Shown piece after piece: positions 26,163 to 41,100 of a stretch of DNA of 64,000 nt. Position 1 is the stretch's first letter, and the number at the start of each line of letters is the position of its first letter. The translations under genes were made by a program, and so were the position numbers. The stretch comes from Lytechinus pictus (Eukaryota), in assembly GCF_037042905.1 (NCBI RefSeq), contig NC_087252.1, positions 22,940,001-23,004,000 of the forward strand. Direction: 5' to 3'. The notes beneath the pieces were generated by a model. The model worked only from the letters and a program-made list of their open reading frames with translations, did not search any database and was not told the DNA's origin.

Positions 26163-26818
26163 ACCCTGACCTTCAGTTATTAAAAATGTGTGTTAATGAG
26201 GGCAGCTGGGGCCCGTAACACAAAGCTACGCAATCATCATAGAACATGTTAACGTTTGATTGCATTGGTTACAATGTTCAATCAATCGTGAAAATCAGGC
26301 TTACGATTCATCGCCAACCTTTGAGTTACTGGACCCTGATGTTACAGTGAATCTGAATTGAAAAGGCGCCCTCTTATACAACCTTCTCCAACAATATAAG
26401 ATAGTAGTATGGGGGGGGGGGGCTTGGAGATCATGGACTCCGACATTTTTTTTACAACTAAGAAAAAAGGGAGGAGAAGGGGAAAATTAATTGAAAATTA
26501 ATTAAATGTACTATAGTTTTTTAATAAAATGTCAAAATCTAGGTCACAAAATTAGACCTTTGCTAGAAAGGTAAAAATTGTTGCTCCCTCTTTTCGTTCT
26601 TTCGCAGCTTTAATGAATTTTGCCCATACGTCGTGTCTGCCCCTTTAAATTGTTAGATCATTACGCCGATGGTGTCAGCTCTAGCTAAACTTTAACATGG
26701 ATATTACATTGCAGCTGATCATGGTCAAATCCCGAAAGACGTGACCAGGGCTCGATCCTCGAACCTCTGCATTCATCATTGTAACTTCCCCACATAGGCT
26801 CACGCCACAACGTCCATG

Positions 26819-27075
26819 GGTGCGTCGTGGCTTAGTGGTACTTTCAAACAGAGGATCAAGGGTTGGACTCTCAATCATGGCGTGTTTTCCTTCAGCAAGA
26901 AACCCATCCACATTGTGCTACACTCAACCCAGGTGAGGTGAATGGGTAACTGACATGGTTAATTCATTGTTTGAGCGCTGCTGAAGAAGCTATGTACAGC
27001 TAAATAAGGTATATAGCTGCGTTGGCAATAGTTGCGATGTTCATCCTCTAGAAAGATCACTATACAAATATAGCT
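26819..27075 (+). mobile_element. tRNA-derived SINE (diverged)
   Basis: gtggcttagtgg A-box; core cactcaacccaggtgaggtgaatgggta. Confidence 0.65.
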
Positions 27076-30000
27076 ATAATCAATATAAGCTAATAATATT
27101 GAAATCCTAAATTAAGTAAGGGAACGGTAATACACGATCATGGTGAAAAATAGAGATCTCAATAAAAGCATCACTCGTAAAAGAAAAGTCCTTGATGACA
27201 TTTATAGGTTATAGTTCGTGAACGCTGAGGCATTCTTGGTTTTGCAACAAATATAGATACATGTACAAACATGATTATGAAACCTAAAGAATAATTAAAT
27301 GTTGGGAGAACAGACTATGCACGAAAGGTGGCAAAAGCGTGACAGATATACGGAGAAGAGTAGAAAGAATAACCTTATGATCATGATAATTAAAATGATC
27401 AATGAGAGATCGAAAGTCCTTTATTGTTTTCGTATAATGAATGTGGGTTTGTATTTTGTCTGCCCCTTTGTAAAATCAACATGAAACAGTCGCTCTTCGG
27501 TATGCAAATGAACCTTCATATTCGGTACATAATAGACAGTCTCTGACTATTGGGTCAAAAGATTTCAAGGAGTTTTATGATATGATATTTGTCATCCCAT
27601 TGTTCCCATTTTCTCATTGTTGTGAACGTTGATTCAAAAACCGGGAGCAAATATTGTTTCTGCGCCGTTCTCTCTGTTTTTCCGACTCCTTCTTCTGTTT
27701 CGTTCGAAGGCCATATTGGACAATCGGACCGACTGTACTTGGTGCCCTCTTTGTACCGGACCAGTGAAGCAGTGAATACGCCCACCGTGACCCAATTGTC
27801 CTCTGAAATCACGTAATTGTCGAATGGCGATGGGCACAACACTTATCTCAGGCCTATACTCAGCAGGTCAGGGTATCCGAGAATAACCAAAGGCTTCGGA
27901 TTGCATGCAGTAAGGGATATATTCAGGATCTTACTTTATCCCACGTTGTAACTGTATGTCATTACTGTGAATATACACATCAACAAGTGGGAGGATTTTC
28001 ATAGTAATTTTGATGTCGGATGGGCATCTAAACCTGGATATCTATTAAGAAAGTCATCTGAAATCTGGGAGTCTGAACATGGCGGATGAGGTGAGTCTGA
28101 AGTTTTATTTATTATCATAAGCTAAGTTGATATATCTTTCATGCATTATTTTTATCTTTCCCTCCCCCTCAATCCCCTCCGTCCCTCCCCACCCCCCTCT
28201 CTCTCTCTGTCAGTACGTCCATCTAATTCTTCAAGTGCCTAGTACTCGTCTGAACAGGGGATAGAGCCTTTTCGTCAATTGCTCCTCGTCTTTAAAATTC
28301 TCTGCCAATCCATGAAACTTTGTGATTGCAACAACATCGATCGATCGAGACCTCCGAATAAATAATAAAAAAATGCCAGGTGGGTGGATATACACATTGG
28401 TGTTAAGCATGCTAATATAGGGAAAGAACAGATAATTAATCACATTATTCTTTTAATAAAATATATGATCTTTGTTTACAGCAGGACAAAAAAAGACCAC
28501 CAATTCCCAACGAAATTAGAGAGAAGATATTAGAAAATGAACGTGAAGAGAAAATTTTAGCAGTAACGCGGGGCAAATAATTAAACCATATAAGGAAATG
28601 GGAACATTTCTACCTACAAGAGTATAGAGGCGACAGAGCTCACGAGATTAAGTTCGTTCATTATGGTGTTTTTCTTGTTTCAAACGGGACGCGGGCATCG
28701 TATGCAAGGGCGTATGAAGTGTGTAATTGTTTGAGGGTGTGAAGTGTAGGGTTTGCGGAGGGAAGGGGTGGGGGTGGGTAAGGAGGGGGCAGGTACAACG
28801 CATATACTTTTATAAGTCTTTTTCTCTGATATTTGTTTGTTAAACTCATCTTGTAGTGGTACGATGCAGTGTCTTAGAATATTTTTTCATGATGTGCATA
28901 ATGTATACGAGTTTAAAAGATTATTTTGTTCGAATTATTATTTACAATTATTACTTTGTAAACTGCATTGTATATGAAATTTGATTTGAGAGAAAAACAA
29001 TAAAACATCTTTTAAAAAAAAAGAATCTGAACTAAAGGCCCATCTTTTCCAGCGACTTTGTGGATAATGTGTGACATATTGGGGGGGCGCCTTTGAATGT
29101 TTTTTTTATTATTTTTTTAGATATGTTTTTTACAGATGAATGGCGCTATACAAATCATCATCATCATTATCATCATCATCATCACATCATCACCGACCCC
29201 ATCATATCATCATCGTCCCCATCATCATCATCATCGTCATCCATTTATCTGTCCCTCTTTCTCTCCTCTCTCCCTCCATCTCTCTCCCTCTCTCCCACCC
29301 ACCCCCATACACTCTCTTTTCTCTGGTCATTTGCCCCTTTTCACGCTTGTTCTTTTAAATCATAGGCGAGAGGCTTTATCTTTGACGAAACAAAAGATTA
29401 TTACGATATGATTATTATGAAAGAAATCTTGAAAGTAGAGCTCGAAAGGTAATAGTCGGAGGGATAAATAGTCTGACACATTGTTATCTTATTCAAATTC
29501 CAGGGCACGAGTTTCTGAATTTTTAAAATCTAAATATTTTTCATTATGAATAAATATATGACTTTTCAAATTGCAAATCTGACAAAAACAACGTAATATA
29601 AACATTATTAAAGTATAAACAAGAACAAATAATCAAAATACAGGGGTAACATAATCAATTAATTGCGAGACATTTCGCAGCGTATTGCATTTCTTCCATT
29701 GTAGGCCCTACAAGAGATCTATAGTCATTGAATATGCATAGTCATTATCAAGAACCAAAGTGGGCGTATGATTTACTTGAAAAGAGGCATCGTTATATTG
29801 ACCTGAACACTATGAATACTCTTCTTTTCATCTGATTATTTTTAATGCTATTCATTACTCATTGTGTAAGTGACCTTGAGGTTATTTTCATAAAGACCTC
29901 AAGTTACCAAAATATGTGAGTAAACAAAGCCGCCCTTTATATCCGCCTATCCATTTTGAGCCTCTAATGCCCCCCCCCTCTCTCTCTCACACACACATCC

Positions 30001-30087
30001 ACACAAATCCCCCTCTCTTATTTGTATCTGCTTTTTACGCTCTTAATCTCCCCCTCTCTTTCTCACACACGCACACATACATACCCA

Positions 30088-31979
30088 CATGGGCGTCGAT
30101 CGGTGGGGGACGGGGGGGACGTGTTCCCCCATGATTTTTTTCAGGGGGGGACACAATATCAAATGTCCCCCCATGTTTTTGTCACAAAAGAAGTATGACC
30201 ATCTGGGGGGGGGGGTGAATGTGTATACCTTCTCAAGGAAATGAGAGTTGATTCCCCTTAAAAAATATAAAGAAAAAAAACAACTGTCATGTAACTTTTC
30301 GATGCAATTAACGGTGGGTAAATTCGCATTCAAAAGCAGCGCAGCTAGCCGTCTATGAGCCGTTCCTGTACGTACGACGCCGGGGTACACGCGAGCACCC
30401 ACATGGAGACCCGCACGTGCGTATTTTTTGGCGGAGCAAAAAAAAAGAAAAGAAAGGGAAAGAAAGAAAAAAAGAGAAGATCGAAGAAGGGAAAAGAGAG
30501 GAGAAAGAAAGAAAGGGAAACATAAAAGGAGGAAGACGAGTGAATAAGATAAGGGGAAGACTTGGAAAGTAATAATAAAAAATCTTTTATGCCGGGATAT
30601 AAAATTTTTGCTCGCGCTTCGCGCTCGCATCGCCTTTTAGGTGATTTACATATCTTGCTCAATATGGAGCTTAAATATCAAATCTCGAAGTCAATTTACA
30701 AAACATATTTCAGCTTGAAAATTTAACTTTCATTATTTTGTTTGATTTTTAAAAAGTGTTCTGTAAAAAAAATTGTTTTATGGTCTGAATATTAACATTT
30801 CTGCTTGCGCTGCGCGCTCGCAAAAATTTGATTTGTAAGGTACCTATTATTTTCCTGTATTCCATTAAGTTATCAAAATATCCCTATTCAGGTCAGATTG
30901 TGAAAACGTATCAGCTAGCGCTGCATGCTCGCATTTTGATTGGTGAGTTATGTTTATCTCAATATTAATTCTAAAACAAACTACTTAAAATCCCCATTTG
31001 ATCACATGCAGTTTATCAGAAATTTCGGCTCGCGATTTCCGCTCGCATTGATTGTTGAAATATATCAACTCATGCATCTTATTCATAATTACAAAAATGC
31101 TTTGAATTTCTATTCTTGAGGTAGAAATGTCAAAATTTCCAGCTCGCGCTTCGCGCTCGCATTATTTAGTAGTTAAAATATGTAACGTCATCATGGCTAA
31201 CACGCAGCCGTTAACAGATGAGATCAAAGCGTATATCAAAAATGAATAAAACAATTTGTGCTCGCGCTTTGCGCTCGCATTATTAATGTAGGAAGCCGAT
31301 TTCCAATTACTCATCATTTTCATGATTTAAAAAATATGAATAGAGTGTCCAATTTTTAGGTTTGAATCTCGAATTTTTCAGCTCGCGCTTCGCGCTCGCA
31401 TTATTTATTTAGTTATATACTTAACCTTTTTCATTCTTCAGGTAAAAATGTCAAAATTTTCAGCTCGCGCTTCGCATTATTTGATAGTTGAAATATGTAA
31501 CGTCTTCATGGCTAACAAGCTGCCGGTAACAGATCCTTTTTTATCAGATGAAAACGTATATTAAAGATTTCTGCTCGCGCTTCGCGCTCGCAGCAATTAT
31601 TTAGTCATAGATACACATCTCGTTTAGGATCATAAACATTGCCCAAAATATTTGAATTTTAAACAAAATACATAAAATAAACAAAAAGCTCACACTTTTT
31701 AAATAAGGCTTATGATATTATATATATAAATATATTACCCCTTCAAAAAAACAAACAAAAGTTAACTTCGAGCGGCCGATCGGGGAAAATGTGGGTGAAA
31801 AAAAAATTCCGCCCCCCCCCCTATTGGCAAAGGCTGGATCCGCCCCTGTGACATACGGCACATGTAGCGGTGGAGTATGACGAAAGTGTAATGGATCTGG
31901 AAAGTATACCTATAAAAGTGACATGCTTGCATGTTGCTATTGTGTCCCCCCCATGCTCAAGTTTGGATTGACGCCCATG
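30088..31979. mobile_element. Composite hAT-like element, 8-bp TSD cataccca, with an internal array of GCTCGCGCTTCGCGCTCGCA motifs
   Basis: TIR catgggcgtcgatc / gattgacgcccatg; a nested element end ggatccgcccctg at ~31848. Confidence 0.82.
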
Positions 31980-32386
31980 CATACCCACCCTCACCTACTC
32001 TCCCTCTCTTACACTCGATCAGCCCCTAGTCTGCTTTTCAAAAGGGTCTGAATGTGCAGCCTACTCAGCCCCTCCTCTCTCTCTCTCTCTTTCCCTTCCC
32101 CTTTCTGTCTTTTTCTCTCTCTATATATATGTATATATAAATACATATACTAGTTCTTCCCTATATCTTTTCACTTTTTTTGTATTCATTGAATTAGTTT
32201 GTTACTGTTCATGCATAACCGAATTCAAATGTTTTATTGCTATACGAGATTATACACCCCTTCATATATACATCAACGGTAGCAGAGCAGCACTTTACCT
32301 CCGATTATCCGCTCCGATCAGTCTATTTAGCTCTCTCTTTCTCTCTACCTCTCTCTCTCTCACACACACCCACCATCATACACTAT

Positions 32387-35300
32387 TTTTTCAACATGTT
32401 TTAATTAAGGATTTCATTCAAATGAATTACATAAACTCCAAATAAATACAATAAATTACAAATCTTCATTTTATATCAACAAGGATATGAAAAAAAATAT
32501 ATATATATTTACGAAAAACTTAAGCAAATAAGGACGGAATGAAATTCCTTAAAATTATACTTTTATATCTTAAAAAAAGCTTACTTGACTGAGCCCCCAA
32601 CCCTCTATGTATTTTAATAATAATTGATATTAAATGACTAAATGATTTGCAGGAAAACAGAAATCAACCTACATGTATTATCATTGCATCCCATTTTACA
32701 TCAAGCTTCAACATAACTTTACATAATTATTCACACATACACACACCCACCTTAACACCCATACACACATGCACGTACCATGCATACGTAAACAAACATA
32801 ATGTATACAAATCTGCATATGAACGTTTAACATTTTGGCGAAATAGGATACAGAAAGAAAAGAACCTGCAAATCATATTGATACAAGAGAAGTGGAAATT
32901 GAAAAGAACTAGTAAAAAGAAAAAAAAAGAAAAAGAAAATAATCAACATTCACACCAGGATTCACACTCGCATTCACACTCGCACCGCACTAGACACATC
33001 CCACCTGTTCACATTCAAATCTCTTTTCACTTTCAGTTCATCCCATTTCTGTAAATGTAAACTTAACTTGCCTGACTTCGTTGCCAGACGACTTTCTTCT
33101 TCTATACAACCCGTAATATATTTGTGTATTTTAATGAATGAAGGTACCCGGCCTTCAGCTCTGGAATTAAAAATTGCATATTTAATAAAAAGAATAACAG
33201 AATTGACACATTTAATTCCACAAGAATTTCCAGGTAATCCTAAAAATATTTCCCTCCAGTTCAAAGTTCTTAATTCGGCTAAACAAAAATGATCAATACA
33301 AAATTGCCACAGAGGTTTCACTTTTATGCAATCCATGAGTATATGAAAGTACGATTCAGTTTTTGTACAACAAAACGAGCAATAATTATCTCCCACGAAA
33401 CCAAATCTCATCAAATGTTCTTTTGTAAATATTGCTCCATGTAAAAGCATAAACTGAAATTCCCTTTGTTTTATTATAAGAGTTGTACTCCTGATATATC
33501 CAAATAATTTACAAATTTCTACATCAGTAAAATCAAAATCACTGTGACCATCCTTAAGTGTTACTTTGTATAGCTCTTGTAGATTGGTAATAAACAAGTT
33601 ACGAATTGTTTTTTATTTAATTACTTCAAAAGCTGTTTCCTGTTTTCCAATATTCATACTTATCTCAAAGTCTACGAAATCAATTTTTTTAAACTTTATT
33701 GAACTATTAAAATTTTTCCAACTTGCTGGTATAACGTGCACAATATCTATTATTTGGAGAAGTTGATTTGCGGTAATACCGAGATTTTGAAAAAAAAGTC
33801 ACAGGCTTCAAGTGGCCAATATCAAAGATTTGATCAACGCTAAATATTCCTTTATTGAAAAGATCATTGTCAAAAATTGTTTTACCTTTTATACAAATAT
33901 GTTGATTATTGAATACAATAGGGTTAACCTCCTCTTCAGAATAACGGTATTTCCTGAAGTCTTGCCAAGCCTTCATCATTTCTGAATAAAATTTGGGTAT
34001 TTTCATATTTAATTTTGAAGTGTCAAAGTCACATAGAAACAGAAATCTCCCCCCAACTGAGCGAAAACAAAAATCAAAATACAACTTCCATCCTGCATCC
34101 CGTTCTCCGTAAAGTAATCGTTTAAGCCACATTAAACGTTGAGACTTTACAAACAACTTAAAATTCGTAATTTTAAAACCTAATCCTGGTACATTATAAT
34201 TCTCTTTATCCGATCTTTTCCTGACCATAAAAATTCAAATGTGATCTTTCCAACCTCAGCATACAACCACTGAGGAACCACTATTAAGTGTGAGATCCCT
34301 TTGTTTCCACCATCCCAACAGTCTTTTTATTTTACTAAGTATTTCTTTGTAATTCATGTCCTCTTTTATTATAACATTAAGAGAAAAGTAAACGCCTAAA
34401 ATTTTAATATGCTGAACAAAATTCCCAAACAACTGTGTCTGAGGTCTGTCATTATCCCGACTCATCCACAAATTATTAGTTTTTCCTTTGTTTATTTTTA
34501 GACCACTAATTTTCTCGAATTCTTCAAAAAGGTATTGAAGACGTTCTAAAGAGTGTGTATTTTTTTACAAACAATGATATATCATCAGCATACAAAATTT
34601 GCTTTATTTCATGGTTCTGAAATTTAATTCCTTCAACCTTTCTGTCTTTCCTTATTGCCAGAGCAAGTATTTCAATACAGAGCAGAAACAAATATGGGGA
34701 GAGGGGATCCCCCTGTCTTACCCCTCGCTTTATATTAAAATATCCGGAAGAAAACCCTCCATTCATAACACTACTAGTAAAATCCGAGTATAAAACACGG
34801 ACCCACGAACAGAATGAGTGCCTAAATCCAAATAGTTTAAGGATTTCAAAAATAAAATCATGTGAAACAGAATCAAAGGCCTTTTCGAAATCAACAGTGA
34901 TTAAATATCCAATATTTTTAAAATTAGATTGATATAACATATCATCTATTAATCTTACACCATCTCCAATGTTCCTATCTTTTACATAACCAACTTGATC
35001 ATTGTGAATTATCTCATTATGTATACCTTTTGATCTTTTTGCTAAACCTTTGACAATATTTTGTAATCCACATTTAAAAGTGTTATTGGTCTAAAATGTT
35101 TGACATATAATGGATCTTTATCTTTTTTTCTTATAGCGTTATCACACCTTGCTTTTGTGAGGTTGTCAGTGTTCCCCTTTCATATGTTTCATTTAAAACA
35201 TCTACCAAAAGTCCTAATAAATTCCAAAAAGTATTATAAAACTATACCGTAAAACCATCGTTACCAGGGGATTTATTATATTTCATTTCTTTAAAAACAC

Positions 35301-37000
35301 TTAAACATTCATGAATACTTATCCTACCTTCACATATATTACAACTTTCTTTATTTAATTGAGGAATATCCTTAAGGAACAAAAAATTTTCATTAACAAT
35401 AGCTTCACTCAGTGAGAATAAGTTTTCATAATAAGTTCCAATCTTCTTCAATATTTCCTTTCTATCCTTAATGATATGATCATCGTCATCATATAATTCT
35501 TTTATCACACTTTTCCGTTTATTAGACTTCAATAACTGTTCAAAATATTGTGTTTTTTGTTCTCCTTCCTCAAACCAAACTGCCCTTGACCGAATGTTTA
35601 AACCTTGTCGACTATAATCATATAACTTGTTCAAATTATATTTTTTTTCTCATCAATGTCATCAATTATATTTCTCAATGGCTGAGACAAAAGTTTATTT
35701 TCTAACTCTTCTATTTCTTTCTATATTTTTTTAATTTCATTTTTTCTGACCTTTGCCTTTTCTTTTGTATAAGTATTAATAAACTGTCTCATTTTCATTT
35801 TCAAAAAATCCAATAACAGTAATTTTTCCTTAATCTTTGGAATCCATTCTGCTTTTAATTCAACTACTTTATCTTTAAACATCCTAACAAAATCTTGATC
35901 TACGCACAAACTGTTATTGAATTTCCAATAAGAATTCCCAAAGTCTGGCGCATTTACATAGTTACGTAATTGAAGCAGTACACCTGAGTGATCTGGTGTA
36001 ATTGATGTCAAAATATCACAACAGTTAACGGAATCCTGTAATGTAGAGGAAACGAACCAATAATCCAACCGACTTTGAACGACCGGCCACTTTTGTCTAA
36101 ATGTGAATTTTTTTTTCTGGATTCTTTTTTTCTCCATATGTCTACTAAAAATAATCTGTCCAGGAGGTCTTCGAACTTTTCGTTAAATCTACTTTTTAAT
36201 AGACTTTCGAGGCCCCATATAATCCAAATCCCCGTTCATTATCATATTAAAATCTCCTCCTAAAATAATTGTATCTCCGGAACTATAGAGCTTTGAAATA
36301 AAATTTTCCAATTCATCTAAAAATTCCATTTGCATCTTTTCTTTATCCCTAGTGGGAAAGTAACAATTCACTAGTAAAAAAGTAGATTGATGATATTCTA
36401 ATTTCATTATAATATATCTTCCATTTTCGCCAATACTCACATTTTTAATTTTCATATTTATATTTGGAGAAATCAAAACTAAAACACCTTTACTATGATT
36501 TGTTCCGTGACTGAACAGTAATTGACCATTCCACTCTGATTTCCATTTTTCTTTCACTGACCTCTACCGTACTATATGTTTCCTGTAAAAATACTATATT
36601 ACTGCCTTTATCTCTGCAAAATTCAAAAATTTTTCCTTTTAATTCTATCTCTTTTAAAGTTAATAAAGTAAAATACGACCTACTATTGAAGCCTAAATAA
36701 CCCTATCCCGAAAAATATGCAAATGAAATAGACCAAGTAACAGATTTAAATGTGAACAGGCATAACCACGCTCCAAACAACAATCACTCACATTCACTGG
36801 ACCACACGAAAGACACTCCCATTTATACCAGACACACACATACACCCAACACCAAGTACATGCCAATCGAAACACAATTACACTATTCATCAAAAAGTAC
36901 AGACCCATGTCAAGAACACACATACTTAAAATAGCCTTAAACATAGAGAGAGCTCCCTTCCAATTCACATTTAACAAATTCGTTAGGAAATATTTTCCAA
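32387..37000 (-). mobile_element. L1/Tx1-like LINE, ORF2 disrupted by frameshifts
   Basis: Fragments in order: EN (SKGVLVL, ILGGDFN, SRLDY, PDH), YWKFN, KSPGNDG, RT (DFEKAFD, GVRQGDPLSPYLF, YADD, IKILG), C-terminal CxxC...H...C zinc knuckle (CSFCCTKTESYFHILMDC). Confidence 0.9.
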
Positions 37001-37919
37001 GTAAAACATAATAACCCTTAAAAACATAATAACTCTCCCCTCTCTGCTTTTCATCCTCTTATAGCTCTCCCCCTAGCCTCTCTCACATATATACACACCC
37101 ACTCCTACTAGCCCTCTCCCCCTCCCCCTCTCTCTATTATTTTCCTCTCCCTACCCCCCCCCCTCCCTCTCTCTTTATATCAATCGTATTTCTTTCCATT
37201 CTGTTGCATTCATTCAATACATTAGTTTGCGCAGTTTAGTCATAACCGGATTTGAATCCTCCATTGCTTTTTCATGATTACACAACCCTTACCATGTTTA
37301 CCATACAACGGTTGTTCAATAGTTTTGTACAGTGTTGTTGTTGTTGTCATGTATTCAAATTTGAAATACTTTATAAAACACTTAAAAGTATTAGAAGGAA
37401 TAAACGCTTTGAATTGAATAAAATAAATGTATATAATTACCAACTGATGATTAGCAGAAATGGTAAAAAATGCGTAATTAACGAAAGCGAGAAAAACTAT
37501 TTTGGATAGGATGTTGCGTTATCATTCCAAATTAATTCCTTAACGTAGCAAATCGATAAAAATACATAATAAGCATAGGTCACCATTCCATTTTTTAAAT
37601 CAGCATTATTAATTTTAGAGTTATCATTATGATCGACATCATCACCACCATCATAATTTTCATTACATGATCATTATCATGTCTAAAATTAATATTGGTT
37701 CGATTTTGACGAAGATAAGATAAAAGATAATCATCATTTTCATGCGACTATCATCTTCATTCTCGTTATTATCTTTATTATGATCGGTTATGTATAAGAC
37801 GAAAACCAATTGATTTTTAAGCAAAATGTATCATAAATGTATAAACCTTCAGGATTTTGGATGAATTCGAAATGTCATATTCTGTGCTGTTTATTTAATT
37901 GGTTGGACACATGCATATA

Positions 37920-38190
37920 GGCCCGTATTCTGAAGTCAGGTTTAACTAATTAGACCACGGTCTAACTCTGTGTTAAAATCATGGGAGCCAAAAATTCAAA
38001 ATTTCTGTCTATATTGTATATGTTTCTTATGTTTACTTTTTTGTTTCCTTTTGCTTTCATAATGAAAAAAATAATATTTCAAAATACTTCAGTTATCATT
38101 CCCAGACAATTGTGAACAATTCAAGTGACATATGATTTAATAAATTGGATGTGTACTGCATGTTAGTGATTTGTGCCTCAATTGGCCATC
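37920..38190. mobile_element. Truncated copy of the 48783-49097 MITE family
   Basis: ggcccgtattctgaagtcaggtttaact start; internal similarity to that copy. Confidence 0.7.
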
Positions 38191-41100
38191 CATCATATTC
38201 CATATTCATGGAAAGGTAGTACTAGTACCAGTTAACGTTCAACGATGTTGATCTTATTTAATTTTTTTCATCAATCATAACTCTCCATTCGGCCTGCATG
38301 CGCTCTCATGCAGTAAAAAAAACGTATACAGATTGAAAAGAAAACAACACTGAATAGATTGAGCCTTGTATTCATTGTTCACAGATTGAACGTTGTGAGT
38401 ACTCATAGGTTCTTGATGTGAGCTAACAATGCCAACAATAGCTTTCGCTCCTCCTTTATCCTTGTATATATAAAACCACTGACAGTAAATCAAAACTAGG
38501 TATTTTTTTTCTCGTTTCCCTTTTCTTCAGACTTCTTTTAAGGCATAGGTTAACGTTGCAAAAGTATTATTTGTTGTTAAATTTAATACTGTACTTTGAT
38601 TCATATTGAGTTCAATTATATATTATATTATTCATATGAATGAAAAAAATATACACATGAAGAAAAAATATCAGATTAATTCGTGCAGACACATTGGAGG
38701 TATTTCTGACTGAAAAATCATCACGTAGGCCTACTGAATCTTCTGTGGAGATTAACATCGCACATGCCAGTGTATTGGATGACATTAAGATGGTGTTTCC
38801 GGTCACTTTGAATATCACCTTTTAAGCAATTGTTTTTTCTGGGCTTTATTTCTATTACACTTATTTGCAGAACTAATTGCAGCACAGATTTGTTTAAAGT
38901 CAAATAAGTAAAATGTTCCGAATGATAGGCCAACATAATAAAGGCCACGATGGGGTTTGGTGTTGCATATTTTTTTTTACGTACTTTTCCCTACTGTATT
39001 GGAAAGAGTGCATTGTTGCACAGTGTCTCCTTAGTGTGTATAAATGCTCAGTGTGTTCACAGTATGTTCACTGAGTGTGTCCATCGTGTATGTTCACGGT
39101 GTGTTGCTCAGTGTATTCACAGTACACTCTTGGTGTGTTCACAATGTCCCTGTTCACAGAGTGTCATCATTTAATGCTAGGTATTCAATAGACATGTATC
39201 GCAGTAAAAACTGAATTACACATGCTTTACGGGATATCAAAAAATACACGGTAAGAAAAATACAGAGACAATTAGAATTATTGACATACATTTGCACAGT
39301 AAATTATTGATAAAGATGAATAAATAAAAGGAGATTACATGTGATAGATTGATGAAATTATTCATAATGAAACTTTTAAAAACACGATAAGCCAAGCATG
39401 TTTGTAAATTAAACGTTATTTAAGAATGTTCACATTATTTCAGTTGTGATTTGTAATATTTGTTAAGCACACGTACATGATTAGGAAGGGCACTGTCTCT
39501 TTATCTGTTTGTCTTGAACTTTAATTCTGTATATTCATTTGCATTTCGAAGAAATGTATTACTTCTTTGAGGAGGTAACCAAGACTGACATAAGTTATGT
39601 AAGTCCACAGTATATATTCAGTGTGTTTATACATGCAGTGCGTTCACATATAGTGGACCTTATGTGAATATGTCATACAAACTGTTAAATATGCTCAAAT
39701 TCCACGGTGTGAGGGTGATTCCATATTGTGGACACCTCACTTTGTCCGAGAGAGAATGAGCTAAGCATGCAGGAAAGGCGGGAGAATATCAAGACACCTC
39801 ATGGTAAGTTGGATAGGCACTAGAGATGTGGAAAGCTTTTCGACGAAATACTAATTCAAATGAAATATATAAATTTAATTTGTTTGAAATTATTATTACG
39901 TTGGCGAGAGAAATCGGTCCATTCTTTATTATTTTATTCAGTTACAAAACGATTCGCGTTGGAGGCTATATTGTACTACACAGTATCTGTTACAAATACT
40001 TGTCCTTTGTAATGTCCCGGGGCGTTATTTATGGGTCATTTACCATGAATATCGAGAGTGAATTTCGATAAGCTCTTTTGATAACATGTTTATGTCCAGG
40101 AAATAAATATTTTGTGTAATACACATGCACTTGTGATTTGACACTTCCTCAATTACGCGACGGTGAAGTTCGAGGGGGCATGTACATTTTTATTTATCTA
40201 TTTCTCGTAGAATGATATGCCCTCGATCTAATGCCCTCTTTGAGAAGTAAGAATGAAAATTGGTTTCTTTCAAAGTGATATTCCTTTTTTTGGCTTCTCA
40301 ATTTTCAAAGAGAACAAAATAGAACCTTGGTGCGATGTCCTTTTTTTTGGGGGGGGGGGGGTTGATGGCCCCTGTTCCAAAATCATTGATCCATGTCTAT
40401 TTGAAGATCACTGAACCGTTCTCTACATATGTTCTAGCACAAAAAAATCATACAAATACCATAATTATATTAGCTATAGGTTATGAAAAAAAGTAAAATG
40501 TATAGTGACATATATGGTTGCGAAAACATTTTCATAGAGTATTTAGCAATGATGTTTTTCAAAATGGTGCTACAAAACGTTTCTTGCAATCTTTGAGATG
40601 TTATTCCAATGATTAACAAATACTAAAAGTAGGCATTTCTATTGAAACGTTTTGAAAACTGTTTAGATCAAACATTAAAAAATTAATAACATGATGAATT
40701 CGATATCATTTAATATTATTTCAAAAATCCTTTGATGCCTTTCGGAAACGTTATAATAACATTATGTGGCAATGGGGCGGGAAATACCAAAATAAATCAA
40801 ACAGATGCTAAAGCCCTTTTATTATTATTATTATTTATTCGGCAAATAATATTCAAATATACATTTCAATGTATACAATACAAAATAAGAAATATCAACC
40901 AGTGGAACGCCAGGGACAGAAAAAGTTAACTTAATTACTGTGGCATGAAGCCTCCTGTCCCAATTCCAATGGTTGATTTACAATATATATTAATAACTAA
41001 ACAATAATAAAATACTAATAAAATAATAACAATAATAAAATAATTATAAAGGGGTGTAGCATGCGATTAATAAAATATTCTATTCTAGTCTAGCCTGCAT

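Noticed and set aside
30605-31600. CRISPR array
   Set aside because: Eukaryotic context, no cas genes, spacers too long and partly homologous to one another, and the array lies within a TSD-flanked transposon.
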